Shown here one piece after another: positions 13,250-24,611 of a stretch of 64,000 nt of DNA. Below the pieces are notes generated by a model. It saw nothing but the letters and a program-made list of their open reading frames with translations, did no database searches and was not told the origin of the DNA. The stretch spans positions 1,240,001-1,304,000 of the forward strand of contig NC_047074.1 of the NCBI RefSeq assembly GCF_902459465.1. The letters are read 5' to 3'. The number at the start of each line of letters is the position of its first letter. Position 1 is the stretch's first letter. Both the position numbers and the translations under genes were made by a program. The stretch comes from Asterias rubens (lineage: Eukaryota).

Positions 13250-13430
13250 TGTCTCCACTGAGTATCGCAAGCAGTATACCTAAACGCGTCTGCAAATTTA
13301 AACAGATTCAACACCGATACAACACCGGCTCTTTACACTACAAAAGAGATTTACAAATGGTTGTACTCGCACAGGTTTGCTTTTTTACTTTTTTTTACCA
13401 CACCATGCAAAGCTTCAAACAATACTAAAC
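13250..13430 (+). mobile_element. Degenerate member of the hammerhead/stem-loop repeat family
   Basis: Decayed core CTGAGTA...AAACGCGTC (13258-13290), ACCGGCTCTTT-ACACT-A-CAAAAGAGA (13324-13349), shared tail atggttgtactcgca and cacaccatgcaaagcttcaaac. Confidence 0.55.
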
Positions 13431-13639
13431 ACAGATTCGACTGGCTTTGGTGGTTCTTGGCGTTGAATGAAACACAGCCTGTATAATTTAGTTATCAAGT
13501 ATCATTTGTACGGTTGTGGTTAGATTGCAACATGGTCTTAAGCCAAACCCTCCCGCCGTCCACGCGAGACATTTCCCTCACATGGGATTCATAAGGCGAT
13601 CCGGTTGTTTCGGATACCACGTGCGAGGAGGAAAAGCCT

Positions 13640-13740
13640 CAAGTGACGTCAGACTACCCGTGACCAATGGGGATTGGCCATCGGCGCGGCACGCGTTGAG
13701 CAGTGGCGAGTGGGTGTAAGATTTGATTCGATAAAACAGT
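13640..13740 (+). promoter_or_regulatory. Probable proximal promoter: CRE, paired CCAAT boxes, TATA-like GATAAAA
   Basis: TGACGTCA 13644-13651, CCAAT 13664-13668, ATTGG 13673-13677, GATAAAA 13730-13736, in a CpG-rich patch about 250-340 nt upstream of the ATG. Confidence 0.6.
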
Positions 13741-13982
13741 GTGAGCAGTATGTAATATACCACTTACTCGAGAGTAGCTACTTGACACATACACACTGCG
13801 TAACACTCGGGTCGCAAGCTACTTCTTTGCTCGCTGGCCGTAGACAACTCTTTGATATCTCTCGACCACCATCAAAAACGCAGACACAACACAATTTCGC
13901 GTGGTTTATTTAAACGCACACGAGGGGCCTACCTGCCTTGGGTTTTTTCCGGGTGTTTAATTTTGTGTACTCACCGTCCCAA

Positions 13983-14165
13983 ATGAAGGGCCAACACCTT
14001 CTAGCCGTAGCAGTGGTTGTCGTCGCCGGTTCGTTTGGAATCATCGAGGCGTACTCTCCATTTGGGGGCTATAACCGAGCACCTTTTGACAATGTTTGGG
14101 TGCGAGCGGACAGCATGGCTCGTGGAGGCTCGACGGGGGAGGACGAAGCCAACGAACAGCGAATG
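13983..14165 (+). CDS. SALMFamide (L-type/S1 precursor): L-type SALMFamide (S1) precursor, coding exon 1: signal peptide MKGQHLLAVAVVVVAGSFGIIEA plus N-terminal spacer (61 codons)
   Basis: ATG at 13983, hydrophobic signal peptide, ends ATG|GTAAGT (perfect donor at 14166, phase 0). Joins in frame to exon 2 to give 210 aa matching my recollection of the Asterias S1 precursor. Confidence 0.96.
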
Positions 14166-15483
14166 GTAAGTTAACTCTGTTTGGTTAATCAAAAAAACAA
14201 GAAATTGATATTCAAGTTGTGTTAACAATTGTTTCTGTAAAGTTTGGCCGCCATTCTGTACAGATCGTGTCTGAGTAAAATAGGAAGCCACTGGCGACAA
14301 TTTAAGCGGAATAGAACAGAACGGAATTTGATTTAAAGTTATTTGCTTGTTCTGTTGCAAGCATGGTGATTGCGCTTTGGTCGTAATTTGAAGGGATGCA
14401 TCATGCGTTTGTCTCAAGTCTGACTGATATAAAGCTATACAAATCTTTTCTGAGTAAAGTGAAACCCCAAACGACGACATATTTTAAACAGGACACAGGA
14501 CGGGATTTTATTCAATCTGATTTCGTTAGAACCGTAATCACATTAGGAAGTCACTGGAGTTTCTGCAATCTATGAAGGCTTAAGATGAAAGAAACATTTT
14601 GGTGTTTACAAATAATATTTCAGTATTATTATTAAATTCTCCGACTTTTTTTTCCTTGCGCAAGCATGTTGCTTGCGCTTTGGTTGTCACATTCATAGGG
14701 GTGCGTTTGCTTTACCATCGTTACCAATACGCATGTTTGGCAAATTGTATTCATATTGGGCAGTCATAAAATGTTGAGCTTTTACAACCTAGAGTTTAAG
14801 GATGAAAGTCATATATGGGTGTCCACATCAGTACTTTTGTATTATTGTTGCAATTCCCAGACGTGCCTTTCCTGTGGCAAGGTTGTTGCTTGCGCTTTAG
14901 TCGTCATTTTTGTTAGGGATTCATTTGTTTTACCGTTACGCCTGTGCAAATTGTTATCACATTGGACAAACATAGAATTTGAAGATTTTGCAATCCAAGG
15001 CTTAGGGTGTAAGGTATTCATGGGTGTTAAAAACAAAATGCAGTGTGAGTTTGTTATGAACCAATACGGGTGTTGTTCGCTCGATTTAAAACACCCAAGA
15101 CACAAATCAAAATTACTGTCCGTTCATGATTTACTGGCACGGGTAGAACAAATGATCAACTGGTTATTTAAGATAAGATAAGATAAGATAAGAACTTTAT
15201 TATCCCACACATATGTCTTTATAAATAAATAAATCAATAAATAAATGTTTGAAGGCTCTTTGAAATTGATATAAAACATTATTTTGGTGAACATTTTAAA
15301 ATTGGGTAAGCTTGGCGAATCTCGGAGAAAGTTTTCTATAAATTATTTTGCAAAAATATACACATTTTTTGCAACAAAGATATTTAGGTATAGATATCGT
15401 CCAACCATATTTATATTTATTTTTACAAGAGGAACAAAACTCAGGTCTGCGATGGCATCATTTTTAAATCCCGAAAATCCGCG

Positions 15484-15844
15484 AGACTACTCGTCTTTGA
15501 CAAGACCAGTATTCTCACTTGGTTTATCCCAACATAATACAAAACATAACAAATTGGTCATCGAAAATGCAACAAAATAATGAAAGAAAAACAACACTGT
15601 TGCACAATTAATGTGTGTGCTTTCAGACGCATCATAAAGGCTTCAGGCCTGAAGCCTTTTAATAATTGAGTGAGAAACTACCTCTTTCCCATAAAAAAAA
15701 AACTACGTCACTTCAGAGGGAGCCGATTCTCACAAATTGTTTATCCTATCAACAGCTCTCGAATGCTCGTTACCAAGTTATTTTTTGTTAATTATTTTTA
15801 AGCAAGCACTTACTTTGAATAATTACAGCGTCCAGTGCCTTTAA
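15484..15844. mobile_element. Kolobok-type MITE (palindrome variant), left end decayed
   Basis: Internal consensus with AAAGGCTTCAGGCCTGAAGCCTTT at 15636-15659; right end tccagtgcct-TTAA. Confidence 0.75.
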
Positions 15845-17907
15845 GTAAACAATTTCATTACAACAGTTACGTGGTTTTTAAACCTGCAACTTCCACACCG
15901 TTCCATTAATATTAAAGGAGCAAGCTAAAGCTTCGCGTGGCGCAGCGAGCTCACATTTTTGTTAAGGCAGCTATACGGTCACGGCTTCAGGCGATCCTTC
16001 TTACTCACTCAGTTGTATCTTGTGTCAGTCCAACATTCTGCCGCAGAAAATTTTCAAGGATTACCGAGCAAGCCTGATTTCAAAAGAGAGCACATGTAAT
16101 TTTCCAGGAAGCTAACGATACAGAATGAGTACATAAATAATAAAACATGATATACGCAAATTGTGTGTTAACGGTGTTACAGGTTTGCACCAATGTATTC
16201 CAAAAGGGTTTAAAGGCATTGGTTTGAATTCGACCAGCTTCGACTTGACCAAATTACCTTAAATCTGCCTTTTTCGACCAGCAGCAGCCGAGGAAACAAA
16301 CATTCACATGACTCGAGAAAGTACTGAATAAACATTTCCACAACACATCGGTGTGTATGGGCAAAACCCAAATTAACTATATTTACCCTCGATGCAAATT
16401 GATCAGAATATACTAAAACATTTTGTTATTAAATAGACGCGTTCGAAAACCAATCCTTTCTTCCCACATATTTCCAAATTGGTAATACAAGTTTTCATCC
16501 ATTTGTTTGTTAATGTTTTCTTCCAAAACTGTTGTCAATCTTTTTTCTTCTTATCGTGTTTACTCTTAAGCCAAATACAGTTGTTACTGTCCAATATGCA
16601 GATAACCATTTAAAAACTCGTACGTAGTCGCCTCCAATCAACAAAGATTGGAAAGTCAGAGAAAAACGATATTGTTTAACAAAATGTCACAAAAGTAAAA
16701 CATGAATAGGAACATTATAAATCCGTGTCACGATTTTAAAAGCACTAATAATCCGCCCCTTTCTTATTAACCTTATTTTCCCCAATGTCCTTGACTTTCT
16801 TAGTCTACCGACTGCAAAAAATGGCTGTCATTCACAATAATTGATTACATTATTATCACCGTGAGTTCATAAATCAAGTCACCATAGACAGATGTGTCGT
16901 GCAGTCTGGAATCTCCTGTTTAATTACGCAAACCCCAACACAACCGTTTAGTGGAAACAGGAATATACATAAAATAAAATATAAACAAAAAACTGAATGA
17001 AGAACTGTAATAATGGAATCGACTAATAATTTTTCATGTTTTAGAACCTTACAAGTATTTCTTGTCCGTAATCCATGACGCCATTCGAAGTCAGACAAGA
17101 GTAATTTATTTCATGTCTTTATTTTTCTGTCGGTGAAGCGTGCCTTTATTGTATTAATGAGACAACGAACATTTATATTTTGTTCACAATTTAAGGTGAC
17201 ACAATGTATAAAGCTAAAGCTGAGGTTCACGATTTTTTTGCGGTTATTTCAAACCTAATTTGCAACTAAGAGCAAACTTTCAAAGATACACCTATTGATT
17301 ATTAAACTATTAGGTCCTCCAATCGCTGGTATTTTACCAACTAGTGAATGTGTAGTTTGAACCACAAACTCTGATACATAAAGCATACCAGATGCCATAG
17401 TCTGCCAACGTTAGTATTTTGTGTACCTTTGATTGATTCAAAGCCACTGTTAGTTTTTTCTTTTCTTATGAAACTGTCTCAAGGCATTGTATTGATGATT
17501 ACTTTTTACTTAAAAACACCAGGTTGTTTTCTTTATTGTATAATAAATTGGCTCTTGTCATGAAATGCATTGAACGTTATTTCAAAAAAAAAAAAAAGAT
17601 GCACCGTCAACAAAGTGGAGCTGTATTTATTGAAGTTTTCATCTTCATGTTTTCTTTACAAATTTTCTTCATGGTTATCTTTTGAATAATATTATTCTTC
17701 CTTGGTGTGACCTTTCAGTTCATAAAACCGATTTGGGTCTAATGTTCACAGGTACGCGTAATTTCGACAATTGGGTGCTGCTTTATTGAACAATTTTATT
17801 TGATTTTCTTCTTTTTTTCCCCTCTTTCATTCTAGTCTATTTCACTCCACTGCAGGAGGAAAGCCTCTTCACCAATTCTTAATTTCACTCCATCCTAAGC
17901 TGTCTGT

Positions 17908-17909
17908 TA

Positions 17910-17946
<37 letters not shown>

Positions 17947-17958
17947 TATTTATTTATT
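17908..17958. repeat. (ATT)n then (ATTT)n microsatellite
   Basis: Directly visible. Confidence 0.9.
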
Positions 17959-17961
17959 CGG

Positions 17962-18392
17962 TTAAAGGCAGTGGACACTATTGGTAATTACTGAAATTAA
18001 CTGTTAGCATAAAAACTTACTTGGTAACAAGCAATGGAGAGCTGTTGATGGTATAAAACATTGTGAGAAACGGTTCTATCCGAAGTTACGTTGCTTTCTG
18101 AGGTAAAGTAGTTTTTGAGAAAAAAGTAATTTCTCGCCAAAAAATTTGAATTGAATAATTTAAGAGACCTCAATTAAGGCATCTCAATGCACGCAACTTG
18201 TAGTGGCATAGGTATTTTTGTCTTCCGAAATTATTTTGGAACTTCGATGACCGATTAAGCTCAAATTTCCACAGGCTTGTTATTATATGCATATGTTGAG
18301 AAACACCAAGTGAGAAGACTGGTCGGTGTATAGGTAAAAACCAAAATTAAGACTGGTCTCGGACAATTACCAAAGGTACCGAATGTCTTTAA
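17962..18392. mobile_element. Kolobok-type MITE with a small internal insertion
   Basis: TTAA-AGGCAGTGGACACTATTGG ... gaatgtct-TTAA. Confidence 0.75.
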
Positions 18393-20413
18393 AGGTCGTA
18401 ATTTATACTTTTAGTATCTCGCTGATCTCTTTGTAATCAAATCTATTATTTTATCAAGTGTTTAGTTAATTGATCATGATTACTGTAGTTAAGTTGAATT
18501 CCAATCGAATCAACTCACACCACGACTGATACACCTTACGTAGATGCAACTGTTAGCGAAACCTCCACCAGAAAACAAAACACGGTTTTCAATTGGCAAT
18601 CTGAAGTATTTGAAACGCACGAACGCTTGTAATTGTAGGGGATTATACAGCGATTTAAAAGTCAAATGTTAAAACAATACCTTTGCAACATGCAAAACAT
18701 ACTTTGAAATTGTTCGACAAAAGTCTGGGACATGTGTTGAAAATTTAAAGTAGGAATCGATACATCGCAATGGGGGTCAAATGACGACCTCTTTAAGCAA
18801 AACTGACGATTTGGAGGAAAACAAAACCCCGACCAGAACCAAAACACCTTATCTTAAATTGGTACAGAAAAATTCCAGGCATGGTTTGGGAACTTCTTAG
18901 CGGTTGATTTCTCACATCTTAAAAGGAATTGAAGAAAGACTTTCAGATGTCTATTCCTTCAACGTATTCAGCCACCCAGTCTACTAAGGTTATAGTGTTT
19001 GTGCACGCGTGCGTGGCAATGCCAAAATAGGATTACATCCCAATAAATGAAGATCACTTAAAAGTGAATTGTGAGTTTTTCATGGGCCGCGTAATTCCCT
19101 TTGAATGGGGGAAAAATCAATTATGGCTAGATCTTACCGAGACAGAAAAAGAGCGTCAATACCATGGCAACCAGATGGTATCGCCAAACCATCTTTTGAT
19201 GGGACAATAAAGAGTTAAAGAAGCCAATTTTGCAAGAGGATTTTTTTTATATTTTTTTTTTTATAATACTCCGTACAAGGTGAAGCTATACGGCTCGGAT
19301 TTGGAACAGCGTTCTATTGTTTGGATCACGGCCATTGTTAAGGTTATTGTTCTAAACCCCATTGTTAAAGGTCAATCTATTGTTACCAGCAAGTCACCTT
19401 GATAATTAATCCGATCCTTTTAACGTTTTTTCAACAACAAGAAACAAATGTCAACCATAATACAAACTAACACGTAATACAACTTGGAAACAAACATACA
19501 CATCACGTTAAAAAAGAACGGTTAAAATTTCCATTTTTACTTATTTATTTTGTTTTATTTATTAACTTGTTCTATATATATGTGTATGTCATTTTTATTT
19601 TTATTTTTATTTTTATTTATTTATTTATTTATTTTTTTTTTTTTTTTGAGGGGGGAGATAAGAAAACATCTGCTACTGGCATTAACCTAACCGTCACCCT
19701 AATTGTCACTCTCGCTCTTCGTTTTAAATGGCAATGTATTCAAAGTAGCTTGGGGCACGGAACAATTGGTATTTGATGTGAAGAAAACAAATCGTCTCCG
19801 AATTCAAGTCATGTGTGATATAAATGCCCCTTCAATCTCGTCCGTGTTATAACACATTAAACAGACACGAACTCGACTATAGCCACGAACAAAAATGAGA
19901 GCAACAATTAAAAATATTTGTATAATACAGACGAAAATAGATACATCAAAAAATCTACCTTTTCTTGCGAAGCCGCCCTTTTCTTCATATAATGACTTCC
20001 TTAAAAGACACTCAGTGTAAAGACGGAAAGGAAAATGAATCCTTTTGGCCAACGATCCTTTTGGTCAAGACGCGTCTAGCATTGTATGGCACGAAGGGAT
20101 TGAGTCAGAGAGAAGATAACACACAAGGGGTGGCGGATAGTGAAGCACCCTCTCGCAACCCGATCCCTCACCGAGGCAGTGGCGACTGTATCGCCCGGTA
20201 CCCTTCGGATGATGTTACGAGAGCGTTAACAGCACGGACGATCGTGTTCCCACAGTTCACCATCAATGAACAACCTCGCTCAATAATTCAACCCCGTCGT
20301 CTCAATCATTGAATAAAATACTGAAAAAAGAGCGCTTTACCGTAAGGGAAATCTCCTTCAGCATATGTTTCTTTTGACTTCGGAAATCAGACGATTCTTT
20401 TGAGGGTTTGAAC

Positions 20414-20952
20414 TTAAAGGCACTGCCGTCGATTTCACCAAACTGTTCCTATAATCCTAACTTCGGATTAATCTTATGACTTAGGACAATTCTTGCATTG
20501 TAACATGTAAAACTTAAGATTAGTCATAAGTTAGGAGTAGTTACTCGTTCTAACTTGAGATAAGATAGCCTTTCGTGAAATCGGCCGCAGGAAACATTTG
20601 GTGAGTGTCAAAGACCAATATTCTTACTTGGTGTAATACAACAGTAATGCATAAATTAACAAGCCTGTGAAAATTTGAACTCAATAGGTCATCGAAGTTG
20701 CGAGAAAACAGTAAAAGAAAAAAACGCGCTTGTTGCACAATCCTATTAGTAATTGTGCAATGAAAGGCTTCAGCTGAAGTATTTAATTATTTGAGTGAGA
20801 AACTACCTCTTTCTTAAAAACTACGTTACCTCAGAGGGAGACGTTTTTCGCAATGGTTTTATTATCAATAGCTCTCCATTGCTGGTTTACATGTAAGTTT
20901 TTATGCTAACAATTATTTTGAGTAAATACCTAGACGTGTCCAGTGCCTTTAA
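20414..20952. mobile_element. Kolobok-type MITE with a Harbinger-type MITE inside its left TIR
   Basis: ttaaaggcactg[20426-20587]gaaacatttgg...ccagtgcct-TTAA. Confidence 0.7.
20426..20587. mobile_element. PIF/Harbinger-type MITE, same family, decayed
   Basis: gtcgatttcac...gtgaaatcgg ends; ctg/cag flanks. Confidence 0.65.
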
Positions 20953-21744
20953 AGATGTTGTACCTGGATTCTATCCCTTTTTACAGGGGTTGTTAAGTTT
21001 GTGAGAAGACTGTCCTAGCAATAAATCACATGATACAGTCGCCATTGTCCATGCTTTGAACTAGCCCCACAATAGAATAAGGAGATAAATCCAATTCCTC
21101 ATCTCACACACAACGGTTTCCCAACAAAGTGACTCAAGATTGCCGGATAAAATTGCAAACAAAGATTCACATTAAACTGTTAGGCTTTGTAGAAAAGAAA
21201 ATATGTTCATGTTGTAATTTGGTTTATTCATTGAACTGTCGGTCAGGGATTGCTCTGCGCTCACAATATCCCAATATATACTTTATTGATCTGTACAAAT
21301 AAATAAATCAGTGTTTCACACTTTAATCATATTATTTCATTCACGCTTCCCCGAGGTTGCAGCTTGCCAGCTTGGCAGGCAGGAACTCGGAGTTTACGCA
21401 AGTAATAAAACAACTCACCTCGAATTAATCACAGGGTACAGTTTTATTGAAAACAAAAACAACAACAAGTGTACGAAGATAAACGCTGAATCAAACACAG
21501 GCAGGTGGCAATGTGATTATGCTGGTCATCCCTATTTAAATATTAAAGTAATTCCGGCAGTCGGTCTCACCAATTCCGAACTCGTCGCAATTTCAAGATT
21601 CTGGTGACATTCATGCATTAATTGTTACTTTTTAAATCTGAAGATACATTTCATTGTCTGTTAATATTGAAACGGAAAACCTGCATAACGCGTGACTTAA
21701 TCCACATTTTATTTCAATTCTTTACAAAAGTTGGTTGTGTATAA

Positions 21745-22000
21745 TGATTTGAGGCATTGCATGGTAAGGTATCAATATATATTTGGTTTGCGGTAACACC
21801 ATGTGTGTACTCTTGCCAGGTAGAGTTTGTTCCTTAAATAACTGTCTTGCTATGTATTCTAGTACACCGTAGTAGGTTATCCGCTTTTTTCGGGAGACCT
21901 ATCAGTTCTGAAAAAAACCTGTCCTGCTTGTTACCTACTACCTGGGCGGAAGGTAATAAATCGGCTGGGACTACTACTTTCGCTTTAGGATCGTTAATAA
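21745..22000 (-). mobile_element. Dispersed repeat sharing the catggtgttaccgcaaacc tail; partial copies at ~1860-1990 and ~10590-10695
   Basis: Shared blocks ggtttgcggtaacaccatgtgtg and aactgtcttgc...ttctactacc occur at three loci. Confidence 0.55.
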
Positions 22001-23167
22001 CTGCGCTACCGCGCAGTTGGTCGAGTGTACTACGTCACACTCGCATCTCGTTTCGGTATAATTAAATCGGTGATAGTTATAAAAAACAATTAAAAAAAAT
22101 AAAAATAAAAAACTTCGAAGTGTCCAATAATTATCAATATTGAACTCCAAAACTAGGGAGCGTCGCGAAAGTATACATGCAAGTAAAACAGAATGACACA
22201 TCCACTCCAGTTGCACTAATCAACTGACAAAGATCTGTGCCATAAAAGAACATGCCTTTGATTTTTTACAAAACGTCAAAATATTCTCGTATTAAATTGT
22301 GGCATACGATCATGGCTATAGTGCACAAATCAAAACTCGATGAGGCAAAAATGAACCAAATCAATATATTCCACGCGTCTCTCTTTAACTTCCATTGTCC
22401 CATGACGTAAATAATTACGCACGTGATTGTTGTTGCGGTAATGCCAATTGTAGGTTTATTATAAGCCGATAGACGTTGTTGTTTTCAAGCAGCAACATAA
22501 AAAAAAACAAGAGTCACGGGCAAAATAAGATAAGGTCGGATACAATTAGTTCCGTACTTCATTACTTGTATTATTTTTAGGCCTCCGTGAAAAAAAGAAG
22601 ACACAAACTGGCTGAAGATACCTGACTGTCCCCAGTGCCATGACCGAATCCAATTACAGTCTTAAATTAACACTTCCTGATACCCCGAGTCAAACTCTGA
22701 CGAGAGCCCAGAAGGAGAACCTATCTCAAATCTCGCGAGAATTCAATACGATCCTCCTCATAATGACCAGCCGTGAGTAATTGACGATTTCGCGCCAAAG
22801 ATTCTCTGAATAGAGCCGTTGAAGTCATTAGTGAATGAACGCTTAGGCCACCAGGCAAAAAAGATGGAAATCCCCACCGATTGCATGCAGTGTTAAAAGA
22901 GATAAACGGCAGTCACGAACTTGGGACTGAGTATTTTACTTCTGTTCTTACCGGGGGAGTTATAATGTTTTTGTCCCCTTGTTCATCAGAATCTGAGGTA
23001 TAATCAACTTGACGAAGGGAATGATTAATGTAAACAGCAGTATATGCAATATGATACGTATACTTTAAAGTTGTTGTTGTGGAGTGTCGTAGTCGAGAGT
23101 AGAGTGGTCTAGTTCATCGGATCCAAGCTCCGGTGATGTCGGCAGCATCGTGTCGGTGCGAGTCATG

Positions 23168-23306
23168 GGGTCGATTTCACAAGGAGTTAGTCCTATAGAG
23201 ACTAGTCCTAAGAGATATCAAAAACGTACAGCTAGTCCTAAGTTAGGACGAGTAACTCGTCCTAACTCGAGATAAGACTAGTCCTAACTCTGTGTAAAAT
23301 CCACCC
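23168..23306. mobile_element. PIF/Harbinger-type MITE, same family, inserted in a SINE
   Basis: gggtcgatttcacaagg ... aaatccaccc-CTG. Confidence 0.7.
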
Positions 23307-23408
23307 CTGGTTTTGACACTTGTTCCCGCGAGCAAGGAAATTTACTTAGAAATAATCGCTTCTTAAAAGGGCACTTAACCATAATATTGCTCTGTGAGAA
23401 GTTGAGAT

Positions 23409-23687
23409 GGTAGTGCATTCTGCTCCACCAGCCAGGCTCCGAGTGGATGACACCCATACCTACATCCTTACAGACTTGTGCTGCTGAGCAAGGATTGCTT
23501 CGAAAAAACTTAGGAAGGTAGTGCATTCTGCTCCACCAGCCAGGCTCCTAGCGGATGATACCCATACCTACATCCTTACAGACTTGTGCTGCTGAGCAAG
23601 GATTGCTTCAAAAAAACTTAGGAAGGTAGTGCATTCTGCTCCACCAGCCAGGCTCCTAGCGGATGATACCCATACCTATCCTTGCGG
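23409..23687. repeat. 108-bp tandem repeat, about 2.6 copies
   Basis: Unit starts ggtagtgcattctgctcc at 23409, 23517 and 23625; copies nearly identical. Confidence 0.92.
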
Positions 23688-24227
23688 ACTGTGAAAGGGG
23701 GTAACCCTGTTTCAGCCCAAGGAGTTGGTGGTAATGCGCCTCTTGGTGGCAGTATTTTGTCGACAGCCCAAATCAGTTTAAAGTATAGCCCCCTCACCTT
23801 GAAGTGGGCGTCCGGCCTTGTTGTGTTGGGTGATATCGCATAAAAGAATCACGAATATATTCAATTCAATTCAATTCATTAAGGTTTATTAAAAATATCA
23901 CAAAATACACGACAGAAGTTAAAAAGCCTTAAATTGGTGTGTTTTACATTCACTATTGTAAAAAAATACAAAAAACAACAAGCTCTGACTTAAAAAAGAA
24001 GGAAGAAAAGCTCCAGGCATGAATGCACAAAAAATGATAAAAATTTGATATAATCTTTATAAATGCCTTAAAATTGAGTTTAAAATTATGAAACAGGCAA
24101 TGATAAGCACTGCTGGATTAGAAGCTATTCAAGTTTATTGTTTTAGGTGTCGGTTTATTCCGCAATGTTCGATAAAAACAAATGTATTGATGACCGACAG
24201 TGTCAAATGTTGTTTGGCAAAAAACCC

Positions 24228-24611
24228 TGAAAGGATCACGTTCCCTGGGATCGGACGAGTTGGCTTTTGAAAAGCGTCTGTAATCGTTTTTATAAAATGC
24301 ATATGGTTAGAAATATGTTGTAACAGTAGAATACAATGATCCACACAGGTATTATTTGAAATTGCACCTTTTACGTCGCGAACTAACACGGTCGGCCATT
24401 TATGGGAGTCCAAAATTTAACTCACATATTAATGGTCGAACGTGTTAGTTGAAGAGGTAAAAGGAAAACCACGCAATTTCGAGTGATACTTGTGTGGATC
24501 AATGTATTCTACTTTTAAAACATCTTTCTAACCATATGCATTTTATAACAAACGGTTCAAAACGCTTTGTTAAAGACCAACTCGTCCGATCCAAGGCAAC
24601 GGGTTCCTTAA
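24228..24611. mobile_element. Fold-back (whole-length inverted repeat) MITE, Kolobok-like ends
   Basis: The arms are reverse complements along their length, e.g. ggatcggacgagttgg / ccaactcgtccgatcc and aaatgcatatggttaga / tctaaccatatgcattt. Confidence 0.78.

Larger units (their letters stand above)
23081..23845 (+). mobile_element. Long tRNA-derived SINE with a nested MITE and an internal 108-bp tandem amplification
   Basis: tRNA-like head ggagtgtcgtagtcgag; gacacttgt.cc..gagcaagg...cacttaaccata block as in the other SINEs here. Confidence 0.6.

Noticed and set aside
14001-14480. 159-aa minus-strand ORF antisense to exon 1
   Set aside because: No recognisable motif; mostly AT-rich intron.
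17735-17760. AG|GT recursive-splicing candidates in the long intron (e.g. 17750, 53948, 56500)
   Set aside because: None combines a good polypyrimidine tract with a consensus donor.
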